Shown: positions 47,100 to 57,689, numbered from the stretch's first letter. The stretch is DNA of 64,000 bases from Clostridiales bacterium (GCA_015058145.1 SVCX01000001.1:76297-140296), one strand, 5' to 3'. Made by a program: numbers and translations. The notes: generated by a model from the sequence alone, not told the origin.

Positions 47100-48905
47100 A
47101 TGAGCGCGAAAGAACTGAAAACAAGGGACCAGATCGATCCGAAGTACAAGTGGAATATCGAGGCAATGATCAAGGACGAAAACACCATCGATTCCGACCT
47201 GCAGAAGATCAAAAAAATGGCTGATCAGTACGCTTCGAAGTTCGCGGGACACCTCGGAGACAGCGCCGAAACCCTTTATGATGCTTTTGCATCGAGCGAC
47301 AAACTGATGCGGAAACTGGAGAAAATCTATGTCTACGCTCACATGAGACGCGACGAGGACAATTCCAACAGCCGCTATCAGGGCATGACCGACAAAGCCA
47401 TGGCCGTCATCGCCTACGTTTCCGCCGCCACATCCTTCTTCACGCCGGAATTGCTCTCCATTAAAAAGAGTACCCTCCTCGGTTTTATCAAAGACAACCC
47501 TAAGCTCAGCACTTATGAATTCGCCATCCGTGACGCTCTTCGCCAGAAGAAGCACATCATGGGCAAAAAGGAAGAATCCATCATGGCGCAGATGGGCGAA
47601 ATCACGGGTGCGACCAACGATGTCTTCACCATGCTCAACAATGCGGACATCAAATTCAAGGACGCTGTGGACAGCAAAGGCCGCAAGCACCCTGTCACCC
47701 ACGGATCCTATATCAAGCATATGGAATCCAAGGATCGGGTCCTGCGCGAATCGGCCTACAATTCCATGTATGACGCTTTTAAGGAGCTGATCAACACGAT
47801 TTCCGCCGCGTACAACTACAATACGAAGACGGACGTGGTCACTTCCAGAATCCGCAAGTTCGCTTCCTCCAGAGAAGCCGCTCTCTCGGGCGACAACATT
47901 CCGGGCGCCGTCTACGACAATCTCGTCAGCGTGGTCAATGAGAATCTGCCGTCCATGCACCGGTACGTGCAGCTGCGGAAGAAACTGCTTGGTCTGGACA
48001 AGATGTACATGTACGACATGTACGTCCCTCTCATTAAGATTCCAAATAAGAAGATCACCTTCGAAGAAGGCCTGGATATTATGCGCGAAGCCCTGAATCC
48101 TCTGGGCAGAGACTATATCAACAAGATGAACAAAGGCATCAGCCAGGGCTGGATTGACGTCTATGAAAACAAGGGGAAAACCAGCGGCGCGTACAGTTTC
48201 GGCTGCTACGACAGCTACCCTTACATCCTGCTGAACTACACCGATACCCTCAAGGATGTCTTCACGATCATCCACGAGATGGGTCACTCCATGCATTCGA
48301 AGTACACGAGAGACGCGCAGCCGTACATCTACGGCAGCCACTCCATCTTCACCGCGGAGACAGCCTCGACGGTCAACGAATCCCTGCTCATGAACTATCT
48401 TCTGAACAAGGAGACCGATAAGCGCATGCGGAAGTACCTGCTCAATATGTATCTGGAGGAATTCCGCACCACCCTCTTCCGGCAGACTATGTTCGCCGAG
48501 TTTGAAGATATCACCCACAAGGCCATTGAAGCGGGACAGGTGCTCACGGGAGACTGGATGTGCGATCAGTACGAAGCGCTGAACGACAAATACTACGGAC
48601 CGGCTGTCGAACGTGACGATACAATCCGTTATGAATGGGCGCGCATTCCGCACTTCTACAATGCTTTCTACGTGTATAAATACGCGACGGGCTATTCGGC
48701 TGCGACAGCAATCAGCAGCAAAATCCTCAGCGAGGGCAAATCTGCGGCAGCAGATTACATAGATTTCCTTAAGACCGGCGAATCTGACTATCCAATCGAA
48801 CTCCTGAAGATTGCGGGAGTGGATATGTCGAGTCCAGAGCCGATCAGAAAGGCAATGGATAAATTCAACGAACTGTTAGATGAATTTGAAGGAATGGCAA
48901 GATAG
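47100..48905 (+). CDS. pepF: Oligoendopeptidase F (M3B)
   Basis: WIDVYENKGKTSGAYS, HEMGHSMH, FTAETAST, WARIPHFY..FYVYKYATG. Confidence 0.96.
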   Translation: MSAKELKTRDQIDPKYKWNIEAMIKDENTIDSDLQKIKKMADQYASKFAGHLGDSAETLYDAFASSDKLMRKLEKIYVYAHMRRDEDNSNSRYQGMTDKAMAVIAYVSAATSFFTPELLSIKKSTLLGFIKDNPKLSTYEFAIRDALRQKKHIMGKKEESIMAQMGEITGATNDVFTMLNNADIKFKDAVDSKGRKHPVTHGSYIKHMESKDRVLRESAYNSMYDAFKELINTISAAYNYNTKTDVVTSRIRKFASSREAALSGDNIPGAVYDNLVSVVNENLPSMHRYVQLRKKLLGLDKMYMYDMYVPLIKIPNKKITFEEGLDIMREALNPLGRDYINKMNKGISQGWIDVYENKGKTSGAYSFGCYDSYPYILLNYTDTLKDVFTIIHEMGHSMHSKYTRDAQPYIYGSHSIFTAETASTVNESLLMNYLLNKETDKRMRKYLLNMYLEEFRTTLFRQTMFAEFEDITHKAIEAGQVLTGDWMCDQYEALNDKYYGPAVERDDTIRYEWARIPHFYNAFYVYKYATGYSAATAISSKILSEGKSAAADYIDFLKTGESDYPIELLKIAGVDMSSPEPIRKAMDKFNELLDEFEGMAR

Positions 48906-49709
48906 ATGAAAACCGGACTGATCTCTTTATTCACAAATGAAACTGAACTCTCCGCCGATGTGGAACTACTGCTCCGGCAGAAACTGACATCGCGCGGATA
49001 CAAAGTCACAGAAGGCTACGACGAAGAGGCCGAGCTGCTGATTTGTATCGGCGGCGACGGCGCATTCCTGCGCACCATGCATCGATGCGACTTCCCGGAA
49101 ACCCCTATCGTCGGCATCAACACCGGACATCTGGGCTTCTTCCAGGAAGTCTGGCCGGAAGACTTCGACACCTTTATCGAAGACTACGAACACGAGAACT
49201 ACACCATACAAAAGCTGGGAACTGTAATGGGAATCGCGACGACAGCGGACGGAACCACAAACACACACATCGGTCTGAACGAGATCGCGATCACCGGCAG
49301 CAAATCCTATACGATACACTTCGATCTTTCCATTGGAGACAAGCCGATTGAACGCTTCAGCGGAGACGGGATTCTCGTTGCCACATCCGCGGGAAGTACC
49401 GCCTATAACTATTCCGTAGGCGGATCCATCGTGGACCCGAGACTCAACCTCCTGCAGGTTACACCTCTTGCCCCGATGAACACGACGGCTTTCCGCTCCT
49501 TTACTTCGAGCATCATGCTCCCTTCCGATCTGACACTCGGCATCGTTCCGGAAGAATCCGATAAAACCATCTACATTACAAACGACGGTATTGAGAACGA
49601 ATATGACAATCTCAAAGAGATCAAAGTCTCCATATCGGATAAATCCGTCAATCTGATTCGTTTCAGCGATTACGACTTCTGGAGCAAGGTAAAAGACAAG
49701 TTCCTCTAA
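48906..49709 (+). CDS. nadK: NAD+ kinase
   Basis: IGGDGAFL, GINTGHLGF, LNE, GDGILVATSAGSTAYNYSVGG. Confidence 0.95.
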   Translation: MKTGLISLFTNETELSADVELLLRQKLTSRGYKVTEGYDEEAELLICIGGDGAFLRTMHRCDFPETPIVGINTGHLGFFQEVWPEDFDTFIEDYEHENYTIQKLGTVMGIATTADGTTNTHIGLNEIAITGSKSYTIHFDLSIGDKPIERFSGDGILVATSAGSTAYNYSVGGSIVDPRLNLLQVTPLAPMNTTAFRSFTSSIMLPSDLTLGIVPEESDKTIYITNDGIENEYDNLKEIKVSISDKSVNLIRFSDYDFWSKVKDKFL

Positions 49710-50599
49710 TGACTCAGTTCCGACACGTTGTCACAAGTGAAGACGATGGAAAAGAAGTACGCCAGATTACGAGAGAGTACTTCGATTTTTCCGCACGCCT
49801 GCGAAACCGTATCAAGCGTCAGAAACTCACTATGAGAAATGGAGTCCCTGCAGAAGGCTGGCACAAAGTCTGTGAAGGCGATGTCATCAGTATCACCCTT
49901 CCCGATGAGCACAGCAACTTTCCGCCGGAAGATATCCCCATCGATATTGTTTTTGAAGACGATGACCTGATGGTTATCAACAAGCAGCCGGGCCTGGTTG
50001 TACATCCTACCAAAGGCCATCCGGCAGGCACCTGTGCCAACGCTCTTGCCAATTACATGGAACAGACCGGCAACATCTTTAAGATCCGATTTGTCAACAG
50101 ACTGGACCGGGATACATCCGGTCTGCTTTTGGTTGCAAAGAACGCCTACTGCCAGAATCATATTACGGACCAGATGAGAAAAGGACAGATTCACAAAAAA
50201 TATCTCGCTATCGTCAAAGGTGTTATGGAATCAGAGTCGGGAACCATCGATCTGCCTATCGGCCGACCGGATCCGGAAGACATAAGAAGAGGCGTCATCG
50301 CAGACGGCGCCCCTTCCGTGACTCATTATAAAGTTGTTGAATACCTCAAGGGCCACACCCTTGTGGAGCTTTTGCTTGAGACCGGCAGGACCCATCAGAT
50401 CAGAGTCCACATGTCTCACATCGGCCATCCTGTCGCAGGCGACACACTCTACGGTGAAGAAGATGCTGAACTGATCAGTCGACAGGCGCTTCACGCCGCA
50501 GGGCTTTCGCTCATCCACCCGATCACAAAGGAACCGGTAGACTTTATAGCTCCCCTTCCTGATGACATGAAAGAGGCCATTGAAAAGCTCTCTCTGTAA
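49709..50599 (+). CDS. RluA/RluD family pseudouridine synthase
   Basis: NKQPGLVVHP, NRLDRDTSG, LETGRTHQIRVH, RQALHA. Confidence 0.95.
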   Translation: MTQFRHVVTSEDDGKEVRQITREYFDFSARLRNRIKRQKLTMRNGVPAEGWHKVCEGDVISITLPDEHSNFPPEDIPIDIVFEDDDLMVINKQPGLVVHPTKGHPAGTCANALANYMEQTGNIFKIRFVNRLDRDTSGLLLVAKNAYCQNHITDQMRKGQIHKKYLAIVKGVMESESGTIDLPIGRPDPEDIRRGVIADGAPSVTHYKVVEYLKGHTLVELLLETGRTHQIRVHMSHIGHPVAGDTLYGEEDAELISRQALHAAGLSLIHPITKEPVDFIAPLPDDMKEAIEKLSL

Positions 50600-50604
50600 C
50601 CGTT

Positions 50605-50997
50605 CTAGCCGATGATATCGGAAATCGGTTTGTCTTTCAGCTCCTGTTCCAGAATCTGCTGGATTCTCTCCAATTCGGTGTGCATCCTGCACGGAATATC
50701 ATCGGTGTTTCTGCCGCAGTCTTCCTTCATGCAGTGAACGATCGCCAGATCTTCCTCTGTTACGCTGACGATATCATAAACGGTCAAATCATCGAGTTTC
50801 CTGTTCAGGAAGTATCCGCCTTCTTTCCCACGTTCCGATTTCACGATGTCGTTCTGCTCCAGCTCACGAATAATCTTATAGGCAAAAGCTTTCGGTATAT
50901 CTTCTTGTTCACAGATTTCACGCACGCTGTGAGTTTTCCCGTCTTTCAGTGCTCTGCACACCCGCAGGGCGTAATCGCTTCTCTTGGTGATAATCAT
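50605..50997 (-). CDS. Rrf2 family transcriptional regulator (three Cys)
   Basis: SDYALR, IPKAFAYKII, SERGKEGGY.L, C-x4-C-x8-C-x2-H. Confidence 0.88.
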   Translation of the reverse strand: MIITKRSDYALRVCRALKDGKTHSVREICEQEDIPKAFAYKIIRELEQNDIVKSERGKEGGYFLNRKLDDLTVYDIVSVTEEDLAIVHCMKEDCGRNTDDIPCRMHTELERIQQILEQELKDKPISDIIG

Positions 50998-51130
50998 GTG
51001 CGTCTCCTTAATTTATACCTCAATACTCCAATTTAGATTTATTATAACACAAGTATTCTCTCCAAAACTGTTTTTTTGTGTTATAATGACCAAGGATTAT
51101 TTCACAATTTATAATACAAGGAGACAGAAA

Positions 51131-51541
51131 ATGAAGAGTTTTATCAGTGAATTCAAGGAATTCGCACTGCGCGGCAATGTCATGGATATGGCCATCGGCA
51201 TCATCATCGGAGCTGCTTTCACCGCCATCGTAACCGCTCTGGTCGACAACATCATCTCACCGATCATCGGCATGTTTGTCAAAGTTGATTTCAACCATCT
51301 GGTTGCGACTGTAAATGGCGTGGAGCTTCAGTACGGCGCGTTCATCATGGCCATCGTAAACTTCGTGATCGTTGCTCTGGTGCTGTTCTGCATCATCAAG
51401 GCGATGAACAAGGCCGCTTCCCTCACAAAGAAAGAGGAAGACGAGGAAGAGCCAACTACAAAGGAGTGTCCGTTCTGCCTGCAGGAGATTCCAATCAAAG
51501 CGACGAGATGCCCTCACTGCACTTCCGAGCTGAAGGAATAA
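51131..51541 (+). CDS. mscL: Large-conductance mechanosensitive channel with C-terminal zinc ribbon
   Basis: EFKEFALRGNVMDMAIGIIIGAAF, YGAFIMAIVNF; tail CPFC-x10-CPHC. Confidence 0.93.
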   Translation: MKSFISEFKEFALRGNVMDMAIGIIIGAAFTAIVTALVDNIISPIIGMFVKVDFNHLVATVNGVELQYGAFIMAIVNFVIVALVLFCIIKAMNKAASLTKKEEDEEEPTTKECPFCLQEIPIKATRCPHCTSELKE

Positions 51542-51561
51542 CAGAAACAGAATCAAAAAAC

Positions 51562-51591
51562 AAAAGACGGCTGGATCTCCAGCCGTCTTTT
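51562..51591. terminator. Bidirectional terminator between mscL and tRNA-Leu
   Basis: aaaagacggctgga-tc-tccagccgtctttt. Confidence 0.85.
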
Positions 51592-51678
51592 TGGTGCGGA
51601 TAAGAGGATTCGAACCTCCACCGAATTGCTCCGACACGGACCTGAACCGTGCGCGTCTGCCAGTTCCGCCATATCCGC
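51592..51678 (-). tRNA. tRNA-Leu (CAG)
   Basis: GCGGATATGGCGGAACTGGCAGACGCG, anticodon arm CACGG-TTCAGGT-CCGTG, long variable arm, GGTTCGAATCC, encoded CCA. Confidence 0.96.
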
Positions 51679-51742
51679 GCGACTTCTTTATTATACAATA
51701 TGAATTTAGAAATTCAAGATGTTTTTTAAAGAAAATTCTAAT

Positions 51743-52097
51743 GACCCGGGCAAGACGTAAGCCGGGTTCTGTATCTGACAATCATCTATCTCGACATACC
51801 GTTACCGGCATGCTCCAGCGACCTACCTTCCGGGCGGCAGCGGGCAACTGCCCGGCCGAAGCCGTACGCCCATTTGGTCTTGCTCCGGATGGGGTTTACA
51901 CGAGACATATGTTACCATACATCCCCGTGAGCTCTTACCTCACGATTTCACCCTTACCGCATGAAGCGGCGGTATGTTTCTGTTGCACTTTCCCTATAGT
52001 TACCTACGCCGGACGTTATCCGGCATCCTCGCCCTGCGGAGCCCGGACTTTCCTCACACTGCAGGTGCAGCGCGCGATTGTCTGTCTTACCCGGATC
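51743..52097 (-). ncRNA. rnpB: RNase P RNA (type A)
   Basis: GAGGAAAGTCCGGGCTCC near the 5' end, ACAGAACCCGGCTTA near the 3' end, complementary P1 termini. Confidence 0.95.
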
Positions 52098-52122
52098 CCT
52101 ATGAATTTCAAATGTATGCGAA

Positions 52123-52902
52123 CTACAACGTGTACGGATTCGTGTTCGCCTCCGACATTATAACATCGACGTCAAGGCCTCTTTCAAAGGCGATTTTTTT
52201 GACCTGCGCGGCCATGTTTTCGGTAAAGATCTTCTCCGTACCGTAGTGGCCGGCGTCAATGACAGAAATGCCGGATGCCTTTGCGTACTGGGCTTCATGC
52301 AGTTTCAGGTCGCCCGTAATGAATAGATCGCACCCTGCTTTCACAGCCTCTGGAATATAACTTCCGCCAGCGCCTGTACAGAGTCCGACTTTCTTAATAT
52401 CAGTCCGACCGGCATCGACGCAGCGAATGTAATTCTCCGGCAGATCAAGAGCCCTTTCCACATGTCTACAGGCCTGATAGTAATTCATCGGCTGCGGGAA
52501 CTCTCCTGTCCATGCATTAGATACTCCGCCCGGCTCCACGTTCACCAGTCCCAACAGCTTTGCCATATATGAGTTGTTGCCATCCGCTGCAAAATCAAAT
52601 GAGAGATGAGCTGAATAAACACTTACTCCCAAATTAATCGACCAGTGGATATACCTTCCTGGCAGGTCATTGAAACTAATCACGGACTGCGGTGTGAACA
52701 AGAGCGGATGATGTGTCAGAATCAGGTCTGCGTTTACATCTGCCGCCTCCATAAGCACACTCATGTTAATTTCGAGACATACCAGAATCTTGTCAATGTC
52801 CTGAGCGCCGCTGTAAATCTGCGGGCCGGAATTATCAATATCCTGATAGTGCTCGGTAGGAGCGATTTCCTCCATGATGTCGATGAATTCTTTATACTTC
52901 AT
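52123..52902 (-). CDS. Nif3-like dinuclear metal protein
   Basis: DNSG, THHPLLF, YSAHLSFD, CTGAG, ITGDLKLH, DAGHYGTE; follows trmK. Confidence 0.92.
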   Translation of the reverse strand: MKYKEFIDIMEEIAPTEHYQDIDNSGPQIYSGAQDIDKILVCLEINMSVLMEAADVNADLILTHHPLLFTPQSVISFNDLPGRYIHWSINLGVSVYSAHLSFDFAADGNNSYMAKLLGLVNVEPGGVSNAWTGEFPQPMNYYQACRHVERALDLPENYIRCVDAGRTDIKKVGLCTGAGGSYIPEAVKAGCDLFITGDLKLHEAQYAKASGISVIDAGHYGTEKIFTENMAAQVKKIAFERGLDVDVIMSEANTNPYTL

Positions 52903-53623
52903 TCTGCATTCTCCTTTTTCGGAAATACGCAATGCGACGGTTGACTATGTCAAGCTCATCGGAATCAATGTGTGAGCTTCGCTGCATACCGTCCATAACC
53001 TTCTGCTCGATGGCGAGTTTGACCGCCGCGTATTCCGCTGCCAACGGTCCCTGCTTCTCAAATAAGTCGTCCGGCAGTTCCCAGCAGGCATCTCTTTTGC
53101 ACGGCAGTGCCTCTGTAGGACCTAAAATGGCGATTTCAGCGGACTTCGGCGGTATTACCGTAATTATATCACAAATGAATTTACCTTCCCTCACAAGCTG
53201 ATTTTTCACGATATTGAAGTTGTTCGCTTTCAGCCAATACCGCAGAAGTCCCGCGTGATTTCTCGGCTGAAGAATGAACTTGCCGAAAGAACAGGTCTTC
53301 TCCATATCTCTGTCCAGGATGTCCCGTATGAGGAGTCCGCCCATCCCGGCAATGACAACCGCGTCCACTTCACCGGCAGACAGCACTGTCAATCCATCGC
53401 CGACTCTGAAATCCAATTCATGGCCAAACTGATAGGCGCCGGCAGCAGCCATTGCCTTTGCGAGAGACGGCGCACTGACGTCACACATGATGACAGACGG
53501 AGAGATGCCCTTCTCCCAGAGATACAATGGCAAAAAACCATGGTCGGTACCGATGTCGGCCATGGTCTCGCCAGTATTGATCTCATCTGCGATTTTCTGC
53601 AGTCTGTCCGTCAATCCATTCAT
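52892..53623 (-). CDS. trmK: tRNA (adenine22-N1)-methyltransferase
   Basis: ADIGTDHGFLP, GDGL, IAGMGGLLI, LQP; rpoD-trmK-nif3 synteny. Confidence 0.92.
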   Translation of the reverse strand: MNGLTDRLQKIADEINTGETMADIGTDHGFLPLYLWEKGISPSVIMCDVSAPSLAKAMAAAGAYQFGHELDFRVGDGLTVLSAGEVDAVVIAGMGGLLIRDILDRDMEKTCSFGKFILQPRNHAGLLRYWLKANNFNIVKNQLVREGKFICDIITVIPPKSAEIAILGPTEALPCKRDACWELPDDLFEKQGPLAAEYAAVKLAIEQKVMDGMQRSSHIDSDELDIVNRRIAYFRKRRMQNEV

Positions 53624-53624
53624 A

Positions 53625-54875
53625 TTACTCCAGATAATCCTTGAGTTTCTTACTTCTGGTCGGATGTCTCAGTTTGCGAAGCGCCTTAGCTTCGATCTGT
53701 CTGATTCTCTCACGGGTAACGTCGAATTCCTTACCGACTTCTTCAAGGGTTCTGGCGCGTCCGTCTTCCAGACCAAATCTGAGTTTGAGCACCTTCTGCT
53801 CTCTCTCCGTAAGGGTGTTGAGCACCTCCACCAACTGCTCCTTAAGCATGCTGAACGCAGCAGCCTCAGCTGGAGCCGGAGCGTCTTCATCAGGAATAAA
53901 GTCGCCGAGGTGGCTGTCCTCCTCCTCACCGATCGGTGTCTCCAGAGAAACCGGTTCCTGCGCGATCTTGAGAATTTCTCTGACCTTCTCTACTGTAATT
54001 CCCATTTCTTCCGCAATCTCGTCCGGGGTCGGTTCACGACCATTCTCCTGCAGAAGCTGACGGGAAACACGGATGAGTTTATTGATGGTCTCGACCATAT
54101 GGACAGGGATTCTGATCGTTCTGGCCTGGTCCGCGATGGATCTTGTGATGGCCTGTCTGATCCACCATGTCGCATAGGTACTGAACTTATATCCCTTCGT
54201 GTAGTCAAACTTATCGACAGCCTTGATGAGGCCCAGATTTCCCTCCTGAATCAGATCCAGGAAGAGCATCCCTCTGCCGACGTATTTCTTAGCGATGGAA
54301 ACCACGAGACGCAGGTTTGCTTCACACAGTTTCTGCTTCGCATATTCATCGCCCTGTTCCATTCTCTTGGCCAGTTCCACTTCTTCCTCCGCGGACAGAA
54401 GCGGCACCTTGCCGATTTCTTTGAGATACATTCTAACTGGATCGTCGACAGCTACCGTCTTGGAGATGGCGGCCTCCAGATCGATTTCCTTGGCCTTTGG
54501 GTCCTTCTCCATCTGCGCCTTGATATCAGGATCTTCTTCCTCGCTGTCGATTTTCTTCAGCTCTTCGAGATTTGGTTCTTCCCTTTCCGTTACCACGGCG
54601 ATCCCATTCTTGTCCAGAAACTCATAGATGTCATCAATCTGATCCTTATCAAAACCAATCGTGTCGATACGGTCACCGACTTCAGAGAAAGTAAGATTTG
54701 AAGCGCCCTTTTCGTCAGCCAGTGTTTTCAAGTCCGTCATGGCCTGCAGCTTGTCTCTCTCCGACACGCCGTTCAGGAAGTCTTCCTGACCTGTGTAATC
54801 GTCTTTGATCGCCAGAATTCGCTCTCTGAAACGTTCCAGTTCAGTCTTCTTTGCGTTTTTGCTCTCTTTTGCCAT
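53625..54875 (-). CDS. rpoD: Primary RNA polymerase sigma factor SigA/RpoD
   Basis: [54 protein letters not shown]. Confidence 0.99.
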   Translation of the reverse strand: MAKESKNAKKTELERFRERILAIKDDYTGQEDFLNGVSERDKLQAMTDLKTLADEKGASNLTFSEVGDRIDTIGFDKDQIDDIYEFLDKNGIAVVTEREEPNLEELKKIDSEEEDPDIKAQMEKDPKAKEIDLEAAISKTVAVDDPVRMYLKEIGKVPLLSAEEEVELAKRMEQGDEYAKQKLCEANLRLVVSIAKKYVGRGMLFLDLIQEGNLGLIKAVDKFDYTKGYKFSTYATWWIRQAITRSIADQARTIRIPVHMVETINKLIRVSRQLLQENGREPTPDEIAEEMGITVEKVREILKIAQEPVSLETPIGEEEDSHLGDFIPDEDAPAPAEAAAFSMLKEQLVEVLNTLTEREQKVLKLRFGLEDGRARTLEEVGKEFDVTRERIRQIEAKALRKLRHPTRSKKLKDYLE

Positions 54876-54884
54876 TTTTCCACC

Positions 54885-56630
54885 CTATCCTTTTATTGAT
54901 TTCTGTATCTCTATCTGTCGCTGCATCAGTTTTTCGGCCTCGCTCCTGTCCAGATGCGGATCTCGGAGTTTCGCTGTGATCCGGGCATCTTCACGCAGGA
55001 GCTTCTGGTGCCTGATATATTTGATGCAGTCCTCATAGATTTCGTTTTCTTTATCTCCCGGTATGATTCTGGAACGGATCGTCCTGAGTGTCTGTACACT
55101 GTCGATATCAATCTGTTCCGCTATCCGGTTCATATCGAGAGGCCGCTCGCCTTTGTCTTCAGCGAGAATCGCCTGATAAATGCTGCTTCCGATACGGTCT
55201 GTGAACACATCGTCTTTTATGTCATCAGGCAACTTGACATAATCACTGTCAATCAGCATGAGTTTCAGCAGATCCATCTCAGCTTCGCTCATCTCATCAC
55301 GGAGGATCTCCTCATTTCTGATGACAGACCCGAACGCATTGCTGCCTTGCTTTTCCTTGCCGTTTTCGAATTCCTGCCGGATCGCCTGTTCTGATATGTC
55401 GGTCTTCTCCGCGAGCATACCCAGATACATGTCGGCTTCCACCGGCTTCATCCCACCCAGAATCCGCAGTGCGTCACGGATGTATTTCAGTTTATCCTGA
55501 CTGTCGTTGAGGTCATATGGTTCTTGTGCTTTCTTGAGTTTGAAATCCCCGAACGGGAGCGCCGAATCCACAAGCTCCAGATATGCGTCCCTGCCCTTCG
55601 CCTTGATAAACTCGTCTGGGTCCTTACCGTCCGTCACAACGAGCACTCTGGCTCTGAGGTCCTCGTTGTACAGAATATCCAAACCCCTCAATGCGGCCTT
55701 CTGTCCCGCGCTGTCCGCGTCATAGGAGAGAATCACGTCCGATGTGTATCGCTTGATCAGTCTGGCCTGGTTCTCCGTCAGAGCTGTCCCCAGGGACGCA
55801 GACACATTCCTGACTCCTGCTTGATAGAGGGAAATCACATCCATATATCCCTCTACGAGGATGATGCGGTCCTCTTTTTTGACATAATCCTTCGTGACAT
55901 TGAGACCGTACAGATTGTTCTTCTTCTGAAAAGCCGCCGACTCTTTGGAGTTCAGGTACTTTGGTTCGCCGTCACCGATGATCCTTCCGCCGAATCCGAT
56001 GACTTTACCGCCCGTATTGATAATCGGAAAGATCACCCTTCCCCTGAATTTATCGTAGTATCTGCCATCTTTCTCCGATGATAGACCGACTTCAACCAAC
56101 TTCTGGGGAGAATACCCCTGCTCTGACAGATGATCGGTCAGGCTGGTCCACTCCTCATCCGCATAGCCGATTCCAAAGGTATTGAGCGTTTCATCGGAAA
56201 TGCCTCTTCTGCGCATGTAAGTGTAGCCGGGATTGTTGTGTTCCCTCAAAGCCCGGTAGAAGAACCTGGCTGCCAACCTGTTGATTTCAAAAAACTCCTT
56301 GCTCTGTCCGCTGCTCTGGCTGCTTCTCTTCAGCTCGATGCCGTACTCCCTGGCGAGCAGTTCCATAGCCTCCACAAAATCCAGGCTGTAGTACTTCTGC
56401 ACAAAGCTGATGACGTCGCCGCCTTCGCCGCAGCCGAAGCACTTATAGGTTTGTCTTCCTTCATCAACAGAAAAAGAAGGTGTCTTTTCATTGTGGAACG
56501 GGCAAAGGCCTTTGTAGGAACTACCGGCCTTCTTCAGGGTGACGACCCTGCCAATAACATCCACAATGTTACACCTGCTTTTGATCTCTTCTACGTTATT
56601 GAAATTGTACGAATTGCGATTGTTTGCCAC
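54885..56630 (-). CDS. dnaG: DNA primase
   Basis: CPFHNEKTPSF..CFGC zinc finger, FGGR, KYLNS, EGYMDV, YDADSAG, KDPD. Confidence 0.98.
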   Translation of the reverse strand: MANNRNSYNFNNVEEIKSRCNIVDVIGRVVTLKKAGSSYKGLCPFHNEKTPSFSVDEGRQTYKCFGCGEGGDVISFVQKYYSLDFVEAMELLAREYGIELKRSSQSSGQSKEFFEINRLAARFFYRALREHNNPGYTYMRRRGISDETLNTFGIGYADEEWTSLTDHLSEQGYSPQKLVEVGLSSEKDGRYYDKFRGRVIFPIINTGGKVIGFGGRIIGDGEPKYLNSKESAAFQKKNNLYGLNVTKDYVKKEDRIILVEGYMDVISLYQAGVRNVSASLGTALTENQARLIKRYTSDVILSYDADSAGQKAALRGLDILYNEDLRARVLVVTDGKDPDEFIKAKGRDAYLELVDSALPFGDFKLKKAQEPYDLNDSQDKLKYIRDALRILGGMKPVEADMYLGMLAEKTDISEQAIRQEFENGKEKQGSNAFGSVIRNEEILRDEMSEAEMDLLKLMLIDSDYVKLPDDIKDDVFTDRIGSSIYQAILAEDKGERPLDMNRIAEQIDIDSVQTLRTIRSRIIPGDKENEIYEDCIKYIRHQKLLREDARITAKLRDPHLDRSEAEKLMQRQIEIQKSIKG

Positions 56631-56693
56631 TTCTACCCCTGTATTATTTAACTCTACAATACTAGTTACGATGCAAAAGCAGCAAATCCTTTT

Positions 56694-57689
56694 TTATTTT
56701 ATAATCTCTTGATATGTATTTTCAGCATATCGGTCGGTCATCCCGGCGATATGATCTTTTACCAGTTCCTCCATGTCCGTATGTTCAGCGAGATCCGGAA
56801 ACTCGCGAATGATCAGTTCCGGATGATCGCTATAGTAGCGATAGAGCGTTTCGATGACCGTCTCGATTCTGGCAGCATCATCTGCGCTCTTTACTTCAAT
56901 GTTGTGGTATACATTTTCAAACATGAAGCTCCGAAGTTCGTTCATAGCGGCCAGTTTCTCATCACTCAGTCGTATGATGGCGGAATCCTCGCTGTTGGAG
57001 ATCATATCCTTGACCAGGGTGTCGATTCTCTTCTTGTGGGAATCCCCCAGTATGCGTATGCATTCAGAAGGAAGATCATCTGCGCTGATAACGCCACTCC
57101 GGATGGCATCGTCGATATCATGATTGATATAAGCGATTCGGTCGCTGGTTTTGACAATCTGTCCCTCCGGCGTGAACGGCATGACAGATCCGGTATGATT
57201 CAGTATTCCGTCGCGCACTTCAGCAGTCAGATTCATACCTCTTTTATTCCCATGAAACTCAAGTACATCCACGACGCGAAGGCTCTGTTGATTGTGGCGG
57301 AAGCCTTTGCTGTAGAGTTTGTTGAGCACATATTCTCCGCTGTGTCCGAAAGGCGTATGTCCCAAATCGTGCCCCATAGCGATAGCCTCGGTGAGATCCT
57401 CATTCAGGGCCAACCCTCTCGCGATGGTTCTGGCAATCTGAGCGACTTCTATGGTGTGTGTCAGACGTGTTCTGAAGTGATCTCCTTCCAGGGAAAGAAA
57501 GACCTGGGTCTTGTGCATGAGCCTCCGGAAAGATTTCGAGTGGATGATTCTATCCCTGTCACGCTGGAAATCCGTTCTGACTTCACATTTCTCTTCAGGT
57601 TTTATCCTTCCTCTTGTCTCTGCCGCTTTGGTCGCATAAGGGGACAAATACAGATATTCTCTATTTTCTACGTCAGCTCGTTTGATCAT
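56694..57689 (-). CDS. dgt: dGTP triphosphohydrolase (short HD type)
   Basis: RTDFQRDRDRIIHSKSFRRL.HKTQVF, RTRLTH, HDLGHTPFGH.GE, IAGMTDRYA. Confidence 0.94.
   Translation of the reverse strand: MIKRADVENREYLYLSPYATKAAETRGRIKPEEKCEVRTDFQRDRDRIIHSKSFRRLMHKTQVFLSLEGDHFRTRLTHTIEVAQIARTIARGLALNEDLTEAIAMGHDLGHTPFGHSGEYVLNKLYSKGFRHNQQSLRVVDVLEFHGNKRGMNLTAEVRDGILNHTGSVMPFTPEGQIVKTSDRIAYINHDIDDAIRSGVISADDLPSECIRILGDSHKKRIDTLVKDMISNSEDSAIIRLSDEKLAAMNELRSFMFENVYHNIEVKSADDAARIETVIETLYRYYSDHPELIIREFPDLAEHTDMEELVKDHIAGMTDRYAENTYQEIIK

Noticed and set aside
47073-48653. 526-aa antisense ORF opposite pepF (similar ones at 34263-35708, 30899-32251, 53487-54701, 6102-7097, 12931-13920)
   Set aside because: These lie antisense to clearly identified conserved genes and show no recognisable motifs; such shadows are expected from biased codon usage.
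51592-51640. tRNA-Leu 3' end as an integration site
   Set aside because: No duplicate of the 3' end and no integrase nearby; a terminator follows directly.
51257-52246. ORFs 51257-51781, 51495-51698, 51591-52163 and 51974-52246
   Set aside because: They overlap tRNA-Leu and rnpB and are spurious.
56660-56695. Possible SigH-like promoter before dnaG (AAAGGATTT...ATCGTAAC)
   Set aside because: The -10 element deviates from GAAT; too weak to call.
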